Part shown: in pieces, positions 38,346 through 51,369 of the stretch | Position numbering within the stretch: position 1 is the stretch's first letter | How the letters are laid out: each line of letters begins with the position of its first letter | Assembly (NCBI GenBank): GCA_011109175.1 | Contig: RDEW01000024.1 | Coordinates: 559,189-623,188 of the forward strand | Source of the DNA: Dicyema japonicum | Lineage: Eukaryota; Animalia; Dicyemida | Direction: 5' to 3' | DNA: 64,000 bases | The notes under the pieces: model-generated | What the model was told of the DNA's origin: nothing | The model's database searches: none | What the model saw: the letters and a program-made list of their open reading frames with translations, nothing else | Position numbers and translations under genes: made by a program

Positions 38346-39311
38346 TTACATGGAGGAGTAGTAATCTTCCATGGCGATATTCGGTGGGGATGTCGGGTCC
38401 AACCTTAGGAATATCAAAAGAAAAAAATGAAAATGAATTAAAACAACAAGTTATGGAATAGGTAGCTACCAGTCCGCCGGTTTGCCTGGACTGTTCCTCC
38501 GGCTACCCCTTATCCTTGCTATCCATCCAATTACTAATTTATCTCAAGAACGTTGTAGGTACAAAGCCAGTACGCCCATCTCCAGTTAGTTCTCCCTTTG
38601 TAGGTCCTTTCTCCAGTATGTTATTCCACGGTGGTCCCAAACCGACCTGCAGGGACCGATGATGTGGTTAACAAAGTCCCATGTAGATCCCAATTCGAAT
38701 TTAGGGAACAATTGGTGTGGGTAATCTCCTGTAAGTCCCAACTCCAATATTACATCCACAGTAGTTCCAGGTTCTGTAGGGATCAATGTCCTGGATAACA
38801 AAGTCCCGTGTAGACCAGGATACGAATGTAGGGATCAACTGGTGTGGGTACTAGGTCCAACTTGGAAAATATCCGGAGATTTTGACCATTTGGCTACTGC
38901 GTCCCCCAAAAGGTTCTTTCGTTTTTGTAGAATATGTCAATTGGCCCGTAGTATGTTTCTCCACGTTGTAATATGTTCCTTCGTCTCATGAAAGTAGCAC
39001 CAGTGGCACCACCTCCACGTCCCCCAAATATTGGCGGTCCAACTGCTACTGGTCCAATTATTCTATTCTATTCAATTATTCTACGGCCGTGTAGTCAGTT
39101 GGTCACAGTAGTATAATCATACTTAACTGTGTGTTGCCATCATAAAAGGAAGGTATGACAGCGTTAACTTCGAGTATCAAAAGAGTCTTCAACGAGAGTT
39201 TATAGTCTCGAGACTTATTGGTGTACAGTCACACATTGTACAGTCTTTTCCGCGAGATCTTGGAGCCTGGTCATTATTATTATTACAGCACTTATCGCCT
39301 TGCCATAATAG

Positions 39312-39850
39312 TTATAGCAAAGCATGTGCAATACAAGAAACAATGTTATTAGTTAGCCTCTTCCATCCTCCACGGTTACACGCAGTCGATCTCAGCATGT
39401 CCAGATCGTCTCCCGTCTTTAGGCATTTCTTCATCCTTTGGAGGTCTTTGTGCAGCATGATAGGTAGGGTCATCCTTGGTCTGCCACGGAAGCATTTGCC
39501 CTCGAACATGAAATGGTCCTCCATCGCCACATTAGCCGGGGCAGCAAGATCCATGCGTAGTACGTGACCAAACAGTCTCCACCGGGCGTCAGTGATTTCC
39601 AGGCTTAGAGGCCTACTCTTGCATTTTTGTAAATACCGGTATTCGAGATTCTGGCTGGCCACTGCATGCCAAATAATACTCTAAGCTGTTTTCTGTGGAA
39701 CCCATCGAGAGCCATTGATTCCGCACCTGTACAGGCCCAAGTACCAGCATTGTATGTCAGTATCGGTTTCACAAATGCATTGTACATGCGTATCCGCAGA
39801 TTGACATCTAGTCCTTTCAGCCATTCCTTTTTGAGTTTTCGCATTGCCTG
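39312..39850 (-). mobile_element. RTE-like LINE 3' fragment
   Basis: RIRMYNAFVKPILTYNAGTW, FHRKQLR, RWRLFGHVLRM, RGRPRMTLP, NRGGWKRL. Confidence 0.88.
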
Positions 39851-40249
39851 GTCATTATTGCCTTATATTAAATTTTTATATTAAAATTAATTACAATTTT
39901 AATAAATTTTTTAATTTGGATTCAAAATTCTAATTTATCTAACATTTATTAAATCACTTAATAATCGTTAAACAGCCACATCTAGGGCCACCTTTGCGCT
40001 TACAAATGCGATTCCAATTTACAAAGCAACGGGGAAATATTTTACTGTGCGACAAATAAACTTGAGAGGGTATTCTTGTCATCCATCAACTGATTTATTA
40101 AATTGCCGGATTTAATGTAGCAAATCAAAGGACACAGAGAAATGTTAAATCCAGCGTAAAGCACTAAAATCGTACACTTCCAATGTTCACGGAATATATC
40201 TAACATTCGTTCACCTAATTCTAAAGACATACAAGAATAATTCAAATTC

Positions 40250-41493
40250 AAATTAAACAAAAAATTGAAATCAAATTTCAAATCATGAACTACAAGAACG
40301 TAGGATTGATCGCAGTTTTTGAAATAATGTATTTTTACCCTAAAATTACAAATTTGAGAATACTAGAATATATTCTTTAGGGTTGAATTTTTTGTCCCGA
40401 ATTGCCGGAAGATTCAAATCCTTGTAATAAATTATAAATAATACATCATAGAATATATGTTGTAGTACATCGCTATCGTTTGAATATCCAAGTCGATCTA
40501 TCGGATTTTTAATAAGCAACTAAGATTTAATAGATTCAATGCCTTAGATATTAAATCCGTGCAATTTTTGTCTGCGTTAACCGGAAAGAACGGTTCGACG
40601 TGTAAAATGTCTAAGTAAAGCTCATTCTTATTCTTTTTAAAGAAGGGAAACTAAATTTAGCAAAAGCTAACATTTACAAAGTACATGTTATAAATGATTA
40701 TTCCAAGGCACCACCAATCCGTACTGTGGCAAAATTCTTTACTTTTATTGTTCAGGCGACATGTAAACCTCGAACCGAAGTTTGCTCTGCAAAATGTCTT
40801 AGGGGAATATCCACTTCACTTAAACCGAAATCAGTAATCTTCACATAACCGTCAGAGCCCAACAATAGATTTTCCAGCTTAAGATCCCTAACATTCATAA
40901 ATATAAAAACCTATAAATGATATTATTTTTATGTAAAAATTCTATCCCCAAAGCGACACAAGCTGAGTAAAACTTGATTTCTTTCATATTAAATATTTTT
41001 TGCAGTATTAAAGATTTGAAATCACCCAACTCAATGTATTCCAACGCAAAGCAGACATTATTCTAAAATTACTCCATTTAAAGACCTCATCGTAAAAATA
41101 TGAATTTATGTGCACAAATAAGTGATTTTTCATTTCTGTGACTAAGTCAAAAATTTTCAATTCGTTGATTTTTCTTCTAAAGTCGTAGTTACCTGATATT
41201 TGTTGATATTTTACTGCACATATTTTATGTTTTTTGTACTTAGATAACTCAACCTATTTATTATGCTAACAAAGTTACTTTCCCAAAACCTTCCTTGCCC
41301 AATATTTATTATTGCAGTGAAATCCTTTGGATCAGTTCTAGCTATTTCATCGGAATATACCTTTTGACTTTCAAATTTACTTTTGTAAAATTTGTTTAGA
41401 ATTTCAATATTTTGTTTCCATATGAATTTTAACTTTTAATTTTTATTTATACTTGTGTAATTAATTTACATTAGAAATTATTTGATTAGTCAT
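40250..41493 (-). CDS. AGC-group Ser/Thr kinase, PKN/PKC-like catalytic domain only (multiple tiny introns, several indels)
   Basis: [79 protein letters not shown]. Start and end are uncertain. Confidence 0.88.
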
Positions 41494-41697
41494 GGTTAAG
41501 TTTACTACATATTTTATTTCATTTTCAAATTTGCCTCTGGTTTTGTGAGGTTCAACAGAATTAATGTAATAAAATGCTTAATATTTTATTCTATTATTTT
41601 TTTCTCAAAATTATTTATTAATAAAAGAAATAATAATCGAATAACATTCTAACATACCATTAATAAATAACACATTTTAAAAGTTAACACAGCAATC

Positions 41698-41825
41698 CAT
41701 CTAAAGTGGTCCCCGCAGACATTAGTGACGTTGCGTTGCCTCTCACGATTGCAGCAGAGATCAACTGAAAAAGCCAAAGGGTCTCACGAGCGTCGTGGCT
41801 TTTTAGTGTAGCTAAGCGTCCAAGT
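41698..41825 (-). mobile_element. CRE 3' end relic
   Basis: Closely matches 21895-22018. Confidence 0.75.
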
Positions 41826-43092
41826 TATGAGAGACCAAGTGGATTGTAGTTTCTGAAAAATAGAAAATAAGGCTTAAAGGAGTCTAATTTTCTGTCTCAT
41901 AACTTCTGATAGTATGATCTCGAATGGTTTATTTAGATAAAATAAATATTTGTCTTTTTGGCTGAATGACGTGCGATGACATGACTGTCGTGGGTTCGAG
42001 TCCGAAAGCTTACAAGCAGGCGTTCTCCCTCGGGTTCATTCCTTGGATTAATTGTTGACTTGAACGTGGAATAATGGATGACACGATTGTATTTTATTTG
42101 AAAACTCGAAAAATTAAAAATTAATACAAATTATCACTTTGGGTTCTTATTGCTATCGAGTTTCCAAATTTTTACATTATTTGCAAAAAAGTCTCTGACA
42201 TTCAAGTGCCCCGCCTACTTTCTGTCCAAAGAATTTCGCCCGGTTTTCCGACTTTTTGCCTCGAATAAAGTAATCATCGTGAAAGATACAACGCTAAACA
42301 CCCCTTTCCTCCTTTCGAAAAAAACCAAACTCCTTATTCGAAGTGGCCATAATCCACACAAAAGGGAAATCATTATCTCTGAAAAGTAGAACTGTAATCC
42401 AATAAAATCCAGAGGATTTATCTTCCCAAAGCCCTTTAGAAATTTTAGATTTCTCAAGTCAAATTAGCGACAGTCTCCAATCACGCCAATAATTTCCCCG
42501 TCTGTGGAATAATACATTCCAATTGATGGGAGAAGATATTCTGGTACTAATGAATTATCCCGCTGGGTATCTCTGATTAAAACACGCAATCCTCGAACTA
42601 GCTTATTCAAAATATGAGACTGAAACGTCAAATTTTTTTCAAAGTATTTCTTACATTGGACTTCTACTCCTTCACACAGACACTGCCATTAATCTTACAA
42701 TCCCCTTGTGATTTTTAGATATGCAAGTGATCAAAGTTATCTCATCTTCTACGAGAATGAGCGCGACAACGAAAAAGTGAAGCAAACTGAAATTTTACCT
42801 TCAGGTGGTGACGTCCTTGTATGGCTACTACACGGTTCGGAGGGGGTGATTATTTCCACCTTCAATAGCAGAGGTCTAAACAACTTGTCGAGAGAAACCT
42901 TCAGGACCTGCCAAATGTGACGTCCTAAAGAAACAAAAATCAAAAAAAGGACTCTCTGCGAAATGAGAAAAATCTACTACGTGGATTTTTATTAGTGTGG
43001 TGTTCTGGCAGTTCATCAATTCTATAAGTATTAAGGCTGGAAGGCACCTAGAGTGTTCCTCCAAGGAGAACCATTAAGCATATATTCTAGGG

Positions 43093-43615
43093 CAGTGGTT
43101 CTTAACCTTTTTGGTCTGCGGGGCAAATTAATAATTGGTTGCTGCCGCAAAAAATTTTTAAAAAATTAAAATTTATTAACTAAAATTAATGTGAGAATTG
43201 AATCTGCTTTCCTTCTACTATTATTTCAAAACAGGGAGTCAGTTTTGATGACGACGTACGTAAGAGCTACATATGATGTTAATTGGTTGCGAAATTTGGT
43301 TTTGATCCATGCGAGTCTGATGAACAGAGCTTCACAAACATACGTTGATCCAAATAAAGGCACATTTTTATACGCATTAGTAACCAAATTTGAGTATTTT
43401 AAAATTGAAATTTTACTCCAAATTATAATAGTTGACTTTTCTTAAATATTGGGGTGAGCTCTTCCGACTTTTTTCAGACATCACGAAAAATATTAATGAT
43501 ATTAATTAAATTTAATGAAAAAAAATTAATATAAAAATTGTTAAAATATGTAATATTTTTATAATTTTAAGCAGGCCTCACCTAAGTAGCAGCGGGCCGC
43601 GGTTGAGAACCACTG
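43093..43615 (-). mobile_element. Non-autonomous hAT (Buster-type) deletion derivative, 523 bp
   Basis: TIRs CAGTGGTTCTTAACC and GGTTGAGAACCACTG. 8-bp TSD ttctaggg / ttctagga. Internal remnant FGSTYVCEALF..IKTKFRNQL. Confidence 0.92.
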
Positions 43616-44564
43616 TTCTAGGAAATGCCTTCTCCTGGCACGCGCAGTCATCCTCAGCTAATTGAATGAACCCCCAGTTTACCGCAAGAAATAAACCACA
43701 GATCTACATTTAAGTGTCAATGAGATAAGAAGCAAAATTTTGGAACTACGTTTTTCGTGGCGGTCATAAAACATTGAATTACTCTTCCTGCCAAAAATTC
43801 TAATTATTCAGGAAAGGCATAGTCAAGCAGTTAGTTATCAGTTCTCGCAACTAGCAATGCCATCTCACGCCTGTGTTACTTCTCGTACTTGCAGCTTCCA
43901 GGAAACGCCTCCTTCCGCGTTTGCATAGAAAATCGATTGAAAAAAACTTCTGGGCCGACTGATTTTCTTTAACCAAGACAGATAGACAAAGTGAATTTAT
44001 ACCATTTCACAAAAACAGAAGAATCTGCCTCAGCGTCGATGAATCGAAATTCTGTAAAGAAAGGATTTCCCGCCATGCAAAGTGTTTACCAGTATAATGA
44101 ATGGATTCGGAAAATCATTGGCTTTTAACATGAATCTCTAAACTTACGTCACAGGGGGTGCTATAGTCTTTAGATAAAATTTTTGTAAGGATTTGTCCAC
44201 ATTGAAAGAACTCTCTTGACGAATGCATTTAGTTTCTGTATCCCTTTTGTGAGGGTTTAAAAATGAAATATAAAAACAATTGAATAATTCAGATGAGCAT
44301 GAAAATTTATTCTGAAATTTTATACTTTAAAATAACTGATAATTTTTTTTTAATTATTTTTTATTATAAATAAAATATTGTCAACAAAAATATTTTTTAA
44401 TTAAATAAAATTAAATCACCTGAATATATATTTAAAAATTTCTGTTAACAGAGGAATTAGAATTTTCTGTTAGAGCGTAAAATTATACCTGTGGCTAAAT
44501 TATATTATTACTAATAACTAAGCTTATAAATAGCAAAACTCTCTTTTTTATGAAAAAATAAAAT

Positions 44565-44990
44565 ATGCCTGAATCTGAGTTTCACCAGAAGTAAGTAAAG
44601 ACGAATATACCCCAACAACAAAAAAGTTAAAATCTCAACCAAAAAATATAGTAAAAGAAACTCCGTCGATATTTCGTGAATTAGAATATCAGCAGTTAAG
44701 AATCCCCGACGATAGGAACCCCCAGTTTGTTAAAAACATAAGTCGTCTAAATCCTGTCATTTCAAGTAATTTTTAATTATGTTTAGAATCTGTTAATAGA
44801 TCAAGGCGGGAAAGAAAAAATTTTCAGAGTTATTTGCAGAGTTAGGAAAAAACTTCCATCCATAAGACATGAAAAAATACGCACAAGACAAAAAATTTTG
44901 GAAGAAGGCATAAAATATGTTGCAAAATTAACTGAAGATGTGAAGAGAATTGATGAAGAAATTTTGAAAAGAACAAAAGAAAAAATATAA
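44565..44990 (+). CDS. Divergent bHLH(-zip)-like protein, paralog A (frameshifted)
   Basis: ELFAELGK.LPSIRHEKIRTRQKILEEGIKYVAKLTE followed by a coiled tail. A tiny intron at about 44766-44786 is shared in position with paralog B. Confidence 0.65.
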
Positions 44991-45399
44991 TAATTTCTTT
45001 ATTTAATTTATTTAATAATTTCCTTTATCCATTTATTTATTTAATTTTTGAAAATTAATTAAAATAAAGTTAGTTGTTATGATATATCTCAATTATGGCC
45101 TGCATATTGAGCAGGCAATGGGAGCTACCCATTATGATCACAAGCATAGACGAGTCTCCGGTAGCGTACAAAGCTCGTCCAAAGACTTCCTTCAATGCCA
45201 TGTGTCTAGGGGATCTGCCCGCACTTTTCAAGCAGGAGAATTGGTGAACTTTAATTGAGATGATAGTTTTAGTAAAATTAATTTTAGTATGGAAGGATTG
45301 AATGGTCGGGATATTTCCTCTGATGATAGCTATCGAGATACTCACCCTTTTTGAATCGAAAAGCACTTGACATAGCTCCCCCTGTGTCCCTCAATTCCA

Positions 45400-46250
45400 T
45401 AGTTGAGATGCCTGTCTTGTGAATTCTGACCTTCTGTGATCGTGGGCCACCTCATGAAAAACTACAACAGGACCTCATGTGACCAAATCCCAGTCACCAA
45501 AGAGCTTAAGCCAGACAGGCATTTTACGGCTTTTCCATGCACGATTATCCACAAGCACACATATGCGAGTAGAGTTTGTAAAGTCAACTCGCTAAGTGCC
45601 TTTAAATTTAGCGACATGCTTTCAAGATCAAACTGACATGGAATGTTACCTGACGCCTACTTTTCACAAATCTTGTTGTCTGAGCTCAAAGATATCTCCC
45701 CTACTGAATAGAACGTAAATTACTTCTGCAAAATTTCCATCTACATAATGTCTTCTTATTGGGTTGATATGTGACAACGCCCGACGTATCTCCGTTTTCA
45801 ATCTACTTCAAGATTGCAAGAAAACCTGGACCGTCTTGACGAATGGCTATCGAAGAATTGCCTAACTACCAGCAGTGAAAAGTCCGTCACAACCCTATTT
45901 ATTTCAGACAAGAGACTGGAAAGACGGACGGTCGAACTGAAGGAAAACAATGAAGCTATTCCTTACAGAAAATCCCAAAGGATCCTTGGGGTGACTTTTG
46001 ACATGCATATGTCATCATCTCAAAATCACGGAACGCTGGATTTCTGGAGAGTTCCAACCACCGATGCTCTTGAAGCCTTGATACGAATCGACCATGGAAC
46101 GCGCCGTCAGACTGCGAATGTCCAGTCACTTGACCGATACGTGCTTGTGTGGGTCGAGGGAGGAGCATCGGGCCAAGATGATGTTCCTGCTAGAGCGTGT
46201 TGAGTTAGTTTTTGTAACGTGGTCTCTGGTGTTAGTATTATTATTAGATT
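45400..46250 (+). mobile_element. Ingi/Vingi-like RT relic
   Basis: LQENLDRLDEWL, KSVTTLF, QRILGVTFD; TAA-type tail. Confidence 0.7.
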
Positions 46251-47659
46251 AATCGTATGTTTGCGACATGTCTATGAATAGCTCCGGAAATCGTGTAACT
46301 CGCAGATCTTGAATTGTTAGCGTGCGTCATGTGGTTCACCATCTCTGGTGCCGCCAGATATAATTCTGGATTATATGCAAAAAGAACCATTAGTCAGCAA
46401 CCATCCAGAGGAGCTCCCACTGGGCGGCACTTTCTACAAGTCCGAGCATGCGAAGACTGCTGAGGGAGGCCGGAAGCACCTGAATTTTTTCATTCTGGCT
46501 ATGACAGTGTTTTTTGGTTAAATAAATTTAAATTTAAAATTAAATAATTTAAATGTCGACCTGTTGGATAGATGAGTCTAAAATTGAGTGATCCTAGCTT
46601 CTAGTAACTCCAAGACTCTCCTTGAGTGTTCCGACAGATCCCATTGCCTTCTGTAAATGTCTTCTCGAATTCGATCTACTTGCCGGACAACATTGAAACT
46701 TGTTGCTTATAAAATTTCTAATAGCATTCTAAGACTTTATTGCATCAAATGGGTGACCACCAATTTAAAAATCAGTTGATGTAAAATTCAAAACCTTTCA
46801 AGGCGAAGCAAGATCAGCTGATAAAAATATGGTTAAGAAAACATCTTCAATTGTGATGAAACTTAATTTTTTTTATAAATTTTTGTCAAAAAGTAAAAAT
46901 CCAACGTACATAGGAAAATGAACGTCTCTCATTTCTTTCATGTTGCAGCTACACTGGAGAAAAATATAAGCCGCTATAATGGGGGTAAAAGTCTCGAATA
47001 GTATTGAGAGGAGTAAATTTAAAAGCCATCGATACTTGAATATGATACTTCATACGAAGCATAGATGACAAAAAGTATTTTTGAAGGAAAGAAAAAAACA
47101 GAATCACTGATAGATAATGCAACTTGTCTACTATCCAATATTCGAAATCGACATCATAATTTTTCCAAAAATACCACTTCTTTAAGCAATGTAGCGTTAA
47201 AAATAATTTTTATAATTGGATGATGAAATCATGATAAAAGTCCTGTAGTTCAAATAGATTAAGCATAAAAAGGATCACTTATGCACTACAGGGTTTTCAA
47301 GTCTAACGATTTCACATCACTGTGAGAATCCATCACATCAAACCGAGAAATTTAACAACTAGGCGAGAATCTATCACATCGATTTGGGAAATTTTCAAAA
47401 AATAACGAAAATCATAATTAAAAAAATTAATGAATTAATTTACTGATTTAATTAATTATTTTTATATAAAACGATTCACAATCAACACTTAGAACTTTCC
47501 GTTGTTTTCAGTTTAATACAAAAAGGGGAAAAAGTCTAAAAATTAAATTTTCTACGCTGCATAATAGGAAATACAACAAACGGGAAAATTTAAAAAATAT
47601 TGATGCAGAAATGCTAGTGGCCTGTCAACCGTTCGACCAGATTTATTTATTTAGAACCA

Positions 47660-48360
47660 AGAATCATTGACAAAAAAAGGAACTTCTCTTGTAGTATCTA
47701 GTAGCGTTTTTACAAAGTTTAATTTTCGCTGAGATGAGGAGATTATGTCTCCATGTTTGCCGAAGGTCATTAGTGGGTGACCCCAGTATTTTGGTTGAAT
47801 TTGTGGAGGGAATTGTTATCCAATTTAAAGTCAATGAAGGCGCCGAGTTAATCAATCTTCTATTGGAAGTAAAGATCATAGAGCACGACTTTTCAGGACT
47901 TGTGTGAAGTTGGTACTCCGCAAGCCAGCAGTTCAGGTTATCCAGTGAATCTTGTTAACGGATAACCGCAGTGTGGATGCACTGGTCTCTTGTTCCAGAA
48001 TTAAGTCGTTGGCGTAAGCAAGGAATAGGGTATCGTCGCAGCTGTAGGAAGGCATGTTACTCATGAATAGGTTGAATAGAATGGGATAGGGGGTCCTTGC
48101 GGGACCCCGTTCGGCATGACTTTAGTGATTGAAGATTTGGAATCGGAAATTATTCTTCCTCTTCGTCCGTGAGGAAGTTAGCGAGCCAAATTTTCAGGTT
48201 GTTCGGAATGTTAGAGCCATAAATCTTCCTAGTGAGTAGTTTCCTCGGTATTGAGTCAAAAGCCTTCTGTATGTCAATTGAACACATAATGGTCTTTTGA
48301 TGCCGAGGTTTGCGTTGAAGGCCTTCCTTGATGAATTTTGTAAGGCAAGTAAGATGGGTA
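47660..48360 (-). mobile_element. Ingi/Vingi-like RT relic
   Basis: DIQKAFDS, WLANFL, GVPQG, LFNLFM, YAND. Confidence 0.8.
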
Positions 48361-50390
48361 GATGTGGACTTCTTAAATCTATGTTGGAAGGATATGTCTG
48401 GGAAACCAGATATTCATGATATATGCAAAGAATAATAATTAAGTGTACTTCATTTTTTTTATATTTTTTTAGTAAATCGTGATTCAATTACCAATTGTTG
48501 CCGCATTCTCTAATTTATTGTTGTGTTAAATTAATAATAATTTGCTCATTTGATTGTCAATTTTTGTCCTCACTTTTACGTATCCGAAAAAAAACTAATT
48601 TTTTTAATGTGTACCGTGGAATATTTTTTTAATATTAGTGTGCCACGAGTATTATTTTCTGAAAACCTCTGGTCTAAAGAAAAGAAAGTCGATGGGTCAC
48701 TGGCCGGTTCACGTGCCGGGCAATTGATGTCAAGTAACTGAATGCATGATCACAAAGTCACTACTTTTTCTCTCAAGACTAAAACCTCTTGTTTCACTCA
48801 GAAGCTACGACGACGTGAAACCCACCAGATTGTGTCTAAATTTCTTCAATCAGGATTATTGATTTTATGAAACATGATTGTGCTATTATTGTGCGTAAAT
48901 AGGGGATTCTGAGCGTTCATTTGCTAGCTACTATGCATGAATTTCATTAAAGTGTTTGAGTAACCAGCACGTCACTAGGTTAGAGCAATACAGGCGAATG
49001 TATGAAGAAATTTGACTTGGTAGATCGCAAGTACCTCTAATATTGCATGGAAACGTAAATATCTGTTGGTTTGCGAATGGTGCTATGAATAGCGTAGGAT
49101 CTACTTGGAAAGTTCAATACTGAGGTAGAGATTTTACAAGTAGTGCTTCAGTATTTTGAACTGATACTTCCATTACCTAATCTGATAAATAGTGAATAAC
49201 TCATAAAACTAAAAATTTTGAATTTATGTAAGGGTTGCCATGGCATATTTGCCCCCTGTAAATGATAGATTATTTGGGGGAAATTAATTATACTCATTGA
49301 AGAGTAAGGTTACCCACATAGATTTGTCCTGAGTTTCTCGCATGTCAAACCAAGGTTAGCTCAGTGAGGCGGTTATCAGTAATAAGGTTGGTGTGATAGA
49401 ATCTCATTATTTCTCGGGCATATCTTACAAATAATCCATAACCGTCAGATTTGATGAATGTTCGAATATTTGGAGTTAATTACTCAAAATGTGTAAATTC
49501 CAATGGTCACAACATTAATGGAAAATGCTCAGGCTTAATATAACAAAGCAGATAAGAATCGCTTAAGCAGATAAAGCTAACACATAAATACCGTTTCCAT
49601 GGTGAATAGAAGATATACTGAGTGATTCCATTACTTAACTAAATCAAATGGAGATTCACTTTGGGACACTCCAATGTGAGTATTGAACTTCCAGTACGTT
49701 CTAAAGTGACCTGAACCTGCAATTCTGATTTCGGCATTGGATGTGGATATCCTAGGGAATGTTTGTCCACAGATGTCTCAAGAACATCTACCAGTCATTT
49801 TCTTTATTCACGTGTGTCATTGCTGATGTTCTTCGAAGCCTTACGGTACCCACAGTCAATTCCTCACTTTTAAAGCACCTTGCCACAAATATATGTATTT
49901 TCTGCAGTTAGCACGGTCATTTAGGATCATTTGGCAGTTTTCATAAGAACTAAATGGTATTATTGGCGAGATTTTCTACAAAATACCTGTCAGCTTTCTC
50001 CATGTGCTTGTAGTCTTTCTCTGGGAGGTAAAAGGGAATATACGTCAACACTCTTTTATTTTATTGTTCGTATACTCTGTGGTATCGAGTTCGACCGTAT
50101 TTCAACAGTTATTGTTTTATGCATCGATTCTTGTATTTGTATTTCCTGGACCACAACACATGTATTAAGAACATTCGAATTCTCCAAATTTAAAAAAATG
50201 TTTATTTTTAGAAATAATAAATTATTTAGAAATTTTTATTTAAAAATTTGTTAATGTGATCCTTGACCTTTATGAAGGTTTATATTTGAATTTCTTTTAG
50301 TAAGAACTTCTCTAAATCCAAGACATTTGCAGACTATGACTATCCGTTAAAAATACACCATATTTTCAAATGGTATATCATTTGTATTCA

Positions 50391-50500
50391 CTGATGACTG
50401 AGTCACTAGTCAACCCAAACCACCGTAGATGCGCGGAACCTTCAGTCGGAATGAAAAGCACCGAAATTCAGACTAGTGGCCATCAGGCCTTTGCCCCGCA
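50391..50500 (-). mobile_element. tRNA-derived SINE-like repeat, copy 2
   Basis: Aligns to 470-582. Confidence 0.6.
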
Positions 50501-51237
50501 CTTATGGCACTTCCATATCTATCACATAAGCCATTAAAATAGATTATCAAATTCAACTATTAATCATGTTGTACAGAAAAGTTTATTTTTCTAAGAGAAA
50601 AAATGAAGGATTGTTCGAGATCTTCAAACATCTCATCAATTCATTTTTGCATTGTGGCGTTATAATGGAGTAATTTAGTAATTCGAAGGATTCCCTTTGC
50701 AGAATATGTTTATGAACAATTTTATATAGAAAAGTGCAACACTCTCGGTGATGGGGATTACCTATATAAAATATCACCGGTTTTTTTCGGGGAAAGTAAG
50801 CTTTTACCTGGATCCTTTGGATTTGAGGTTACTTTAAATATTTTAGAGCCAAGAACCAGTTTCTCGTGTGTCATAGCAATTTTGCTGAGGGTTTTTTTTA
50901 TGAAAATGATTTTTGATTGATTTTTGTGTTTTTAATAAACCATGGTGTTTTTAATAAACCATGATAATTTAAAATAGTGAATAATGCCAATTTCAATTTT
51001 TTCCAACTTTAATCTTTTTGGTCAGTTAAGTAGTCATGACTGCGATACATAGTTTTTGAAAGAATTTACCGCTTTGTTACTGTAACTGCTAATACTATAA
51101 AAAATTCATGATTTTCTTTCCTGGGCGCCCACTTTTTAGGTCATTAAAGGTTTTGTCGAATATATATTACCTAGCATAAGTTGAACGCTATAAGATTACT
51201 AGACTTGTTTGAGTGACCGAGTTTGTCTCCGTAACGG

Positions 51238-51342
51238 TTGCCGGGCAAGAGGCCTGAAGTTCACTAGTTCGAATACCGATACTGTACATTTCGGTTGAAA
51301 ATTCCACGCATCTCTATGATTTGGTTTGACGAGTATTATTAT
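51238..51342 (+). mobile_element. tRNA-derived SINE-like repeat, copy 3
   Basis: GTTCGAATACC B-box and a TAT tail; inverted match to 470-582. Confidence 0.6.
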
Positions 51343-51369
51343 AATAAAATATAATTTGTTGTTGTGGAG

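Noticed and set aside
46550-47415. Coding-like minus-strand tract
   Set aside because: Stops in all frames and no recognisable motif; at most an unassignable pseudogene.
50927-50964. Short tandem duplications (19 bp here; also about 37208 and 58629/58952)
   Set aside because: Ordinary slippage or local duplication with no further structure.
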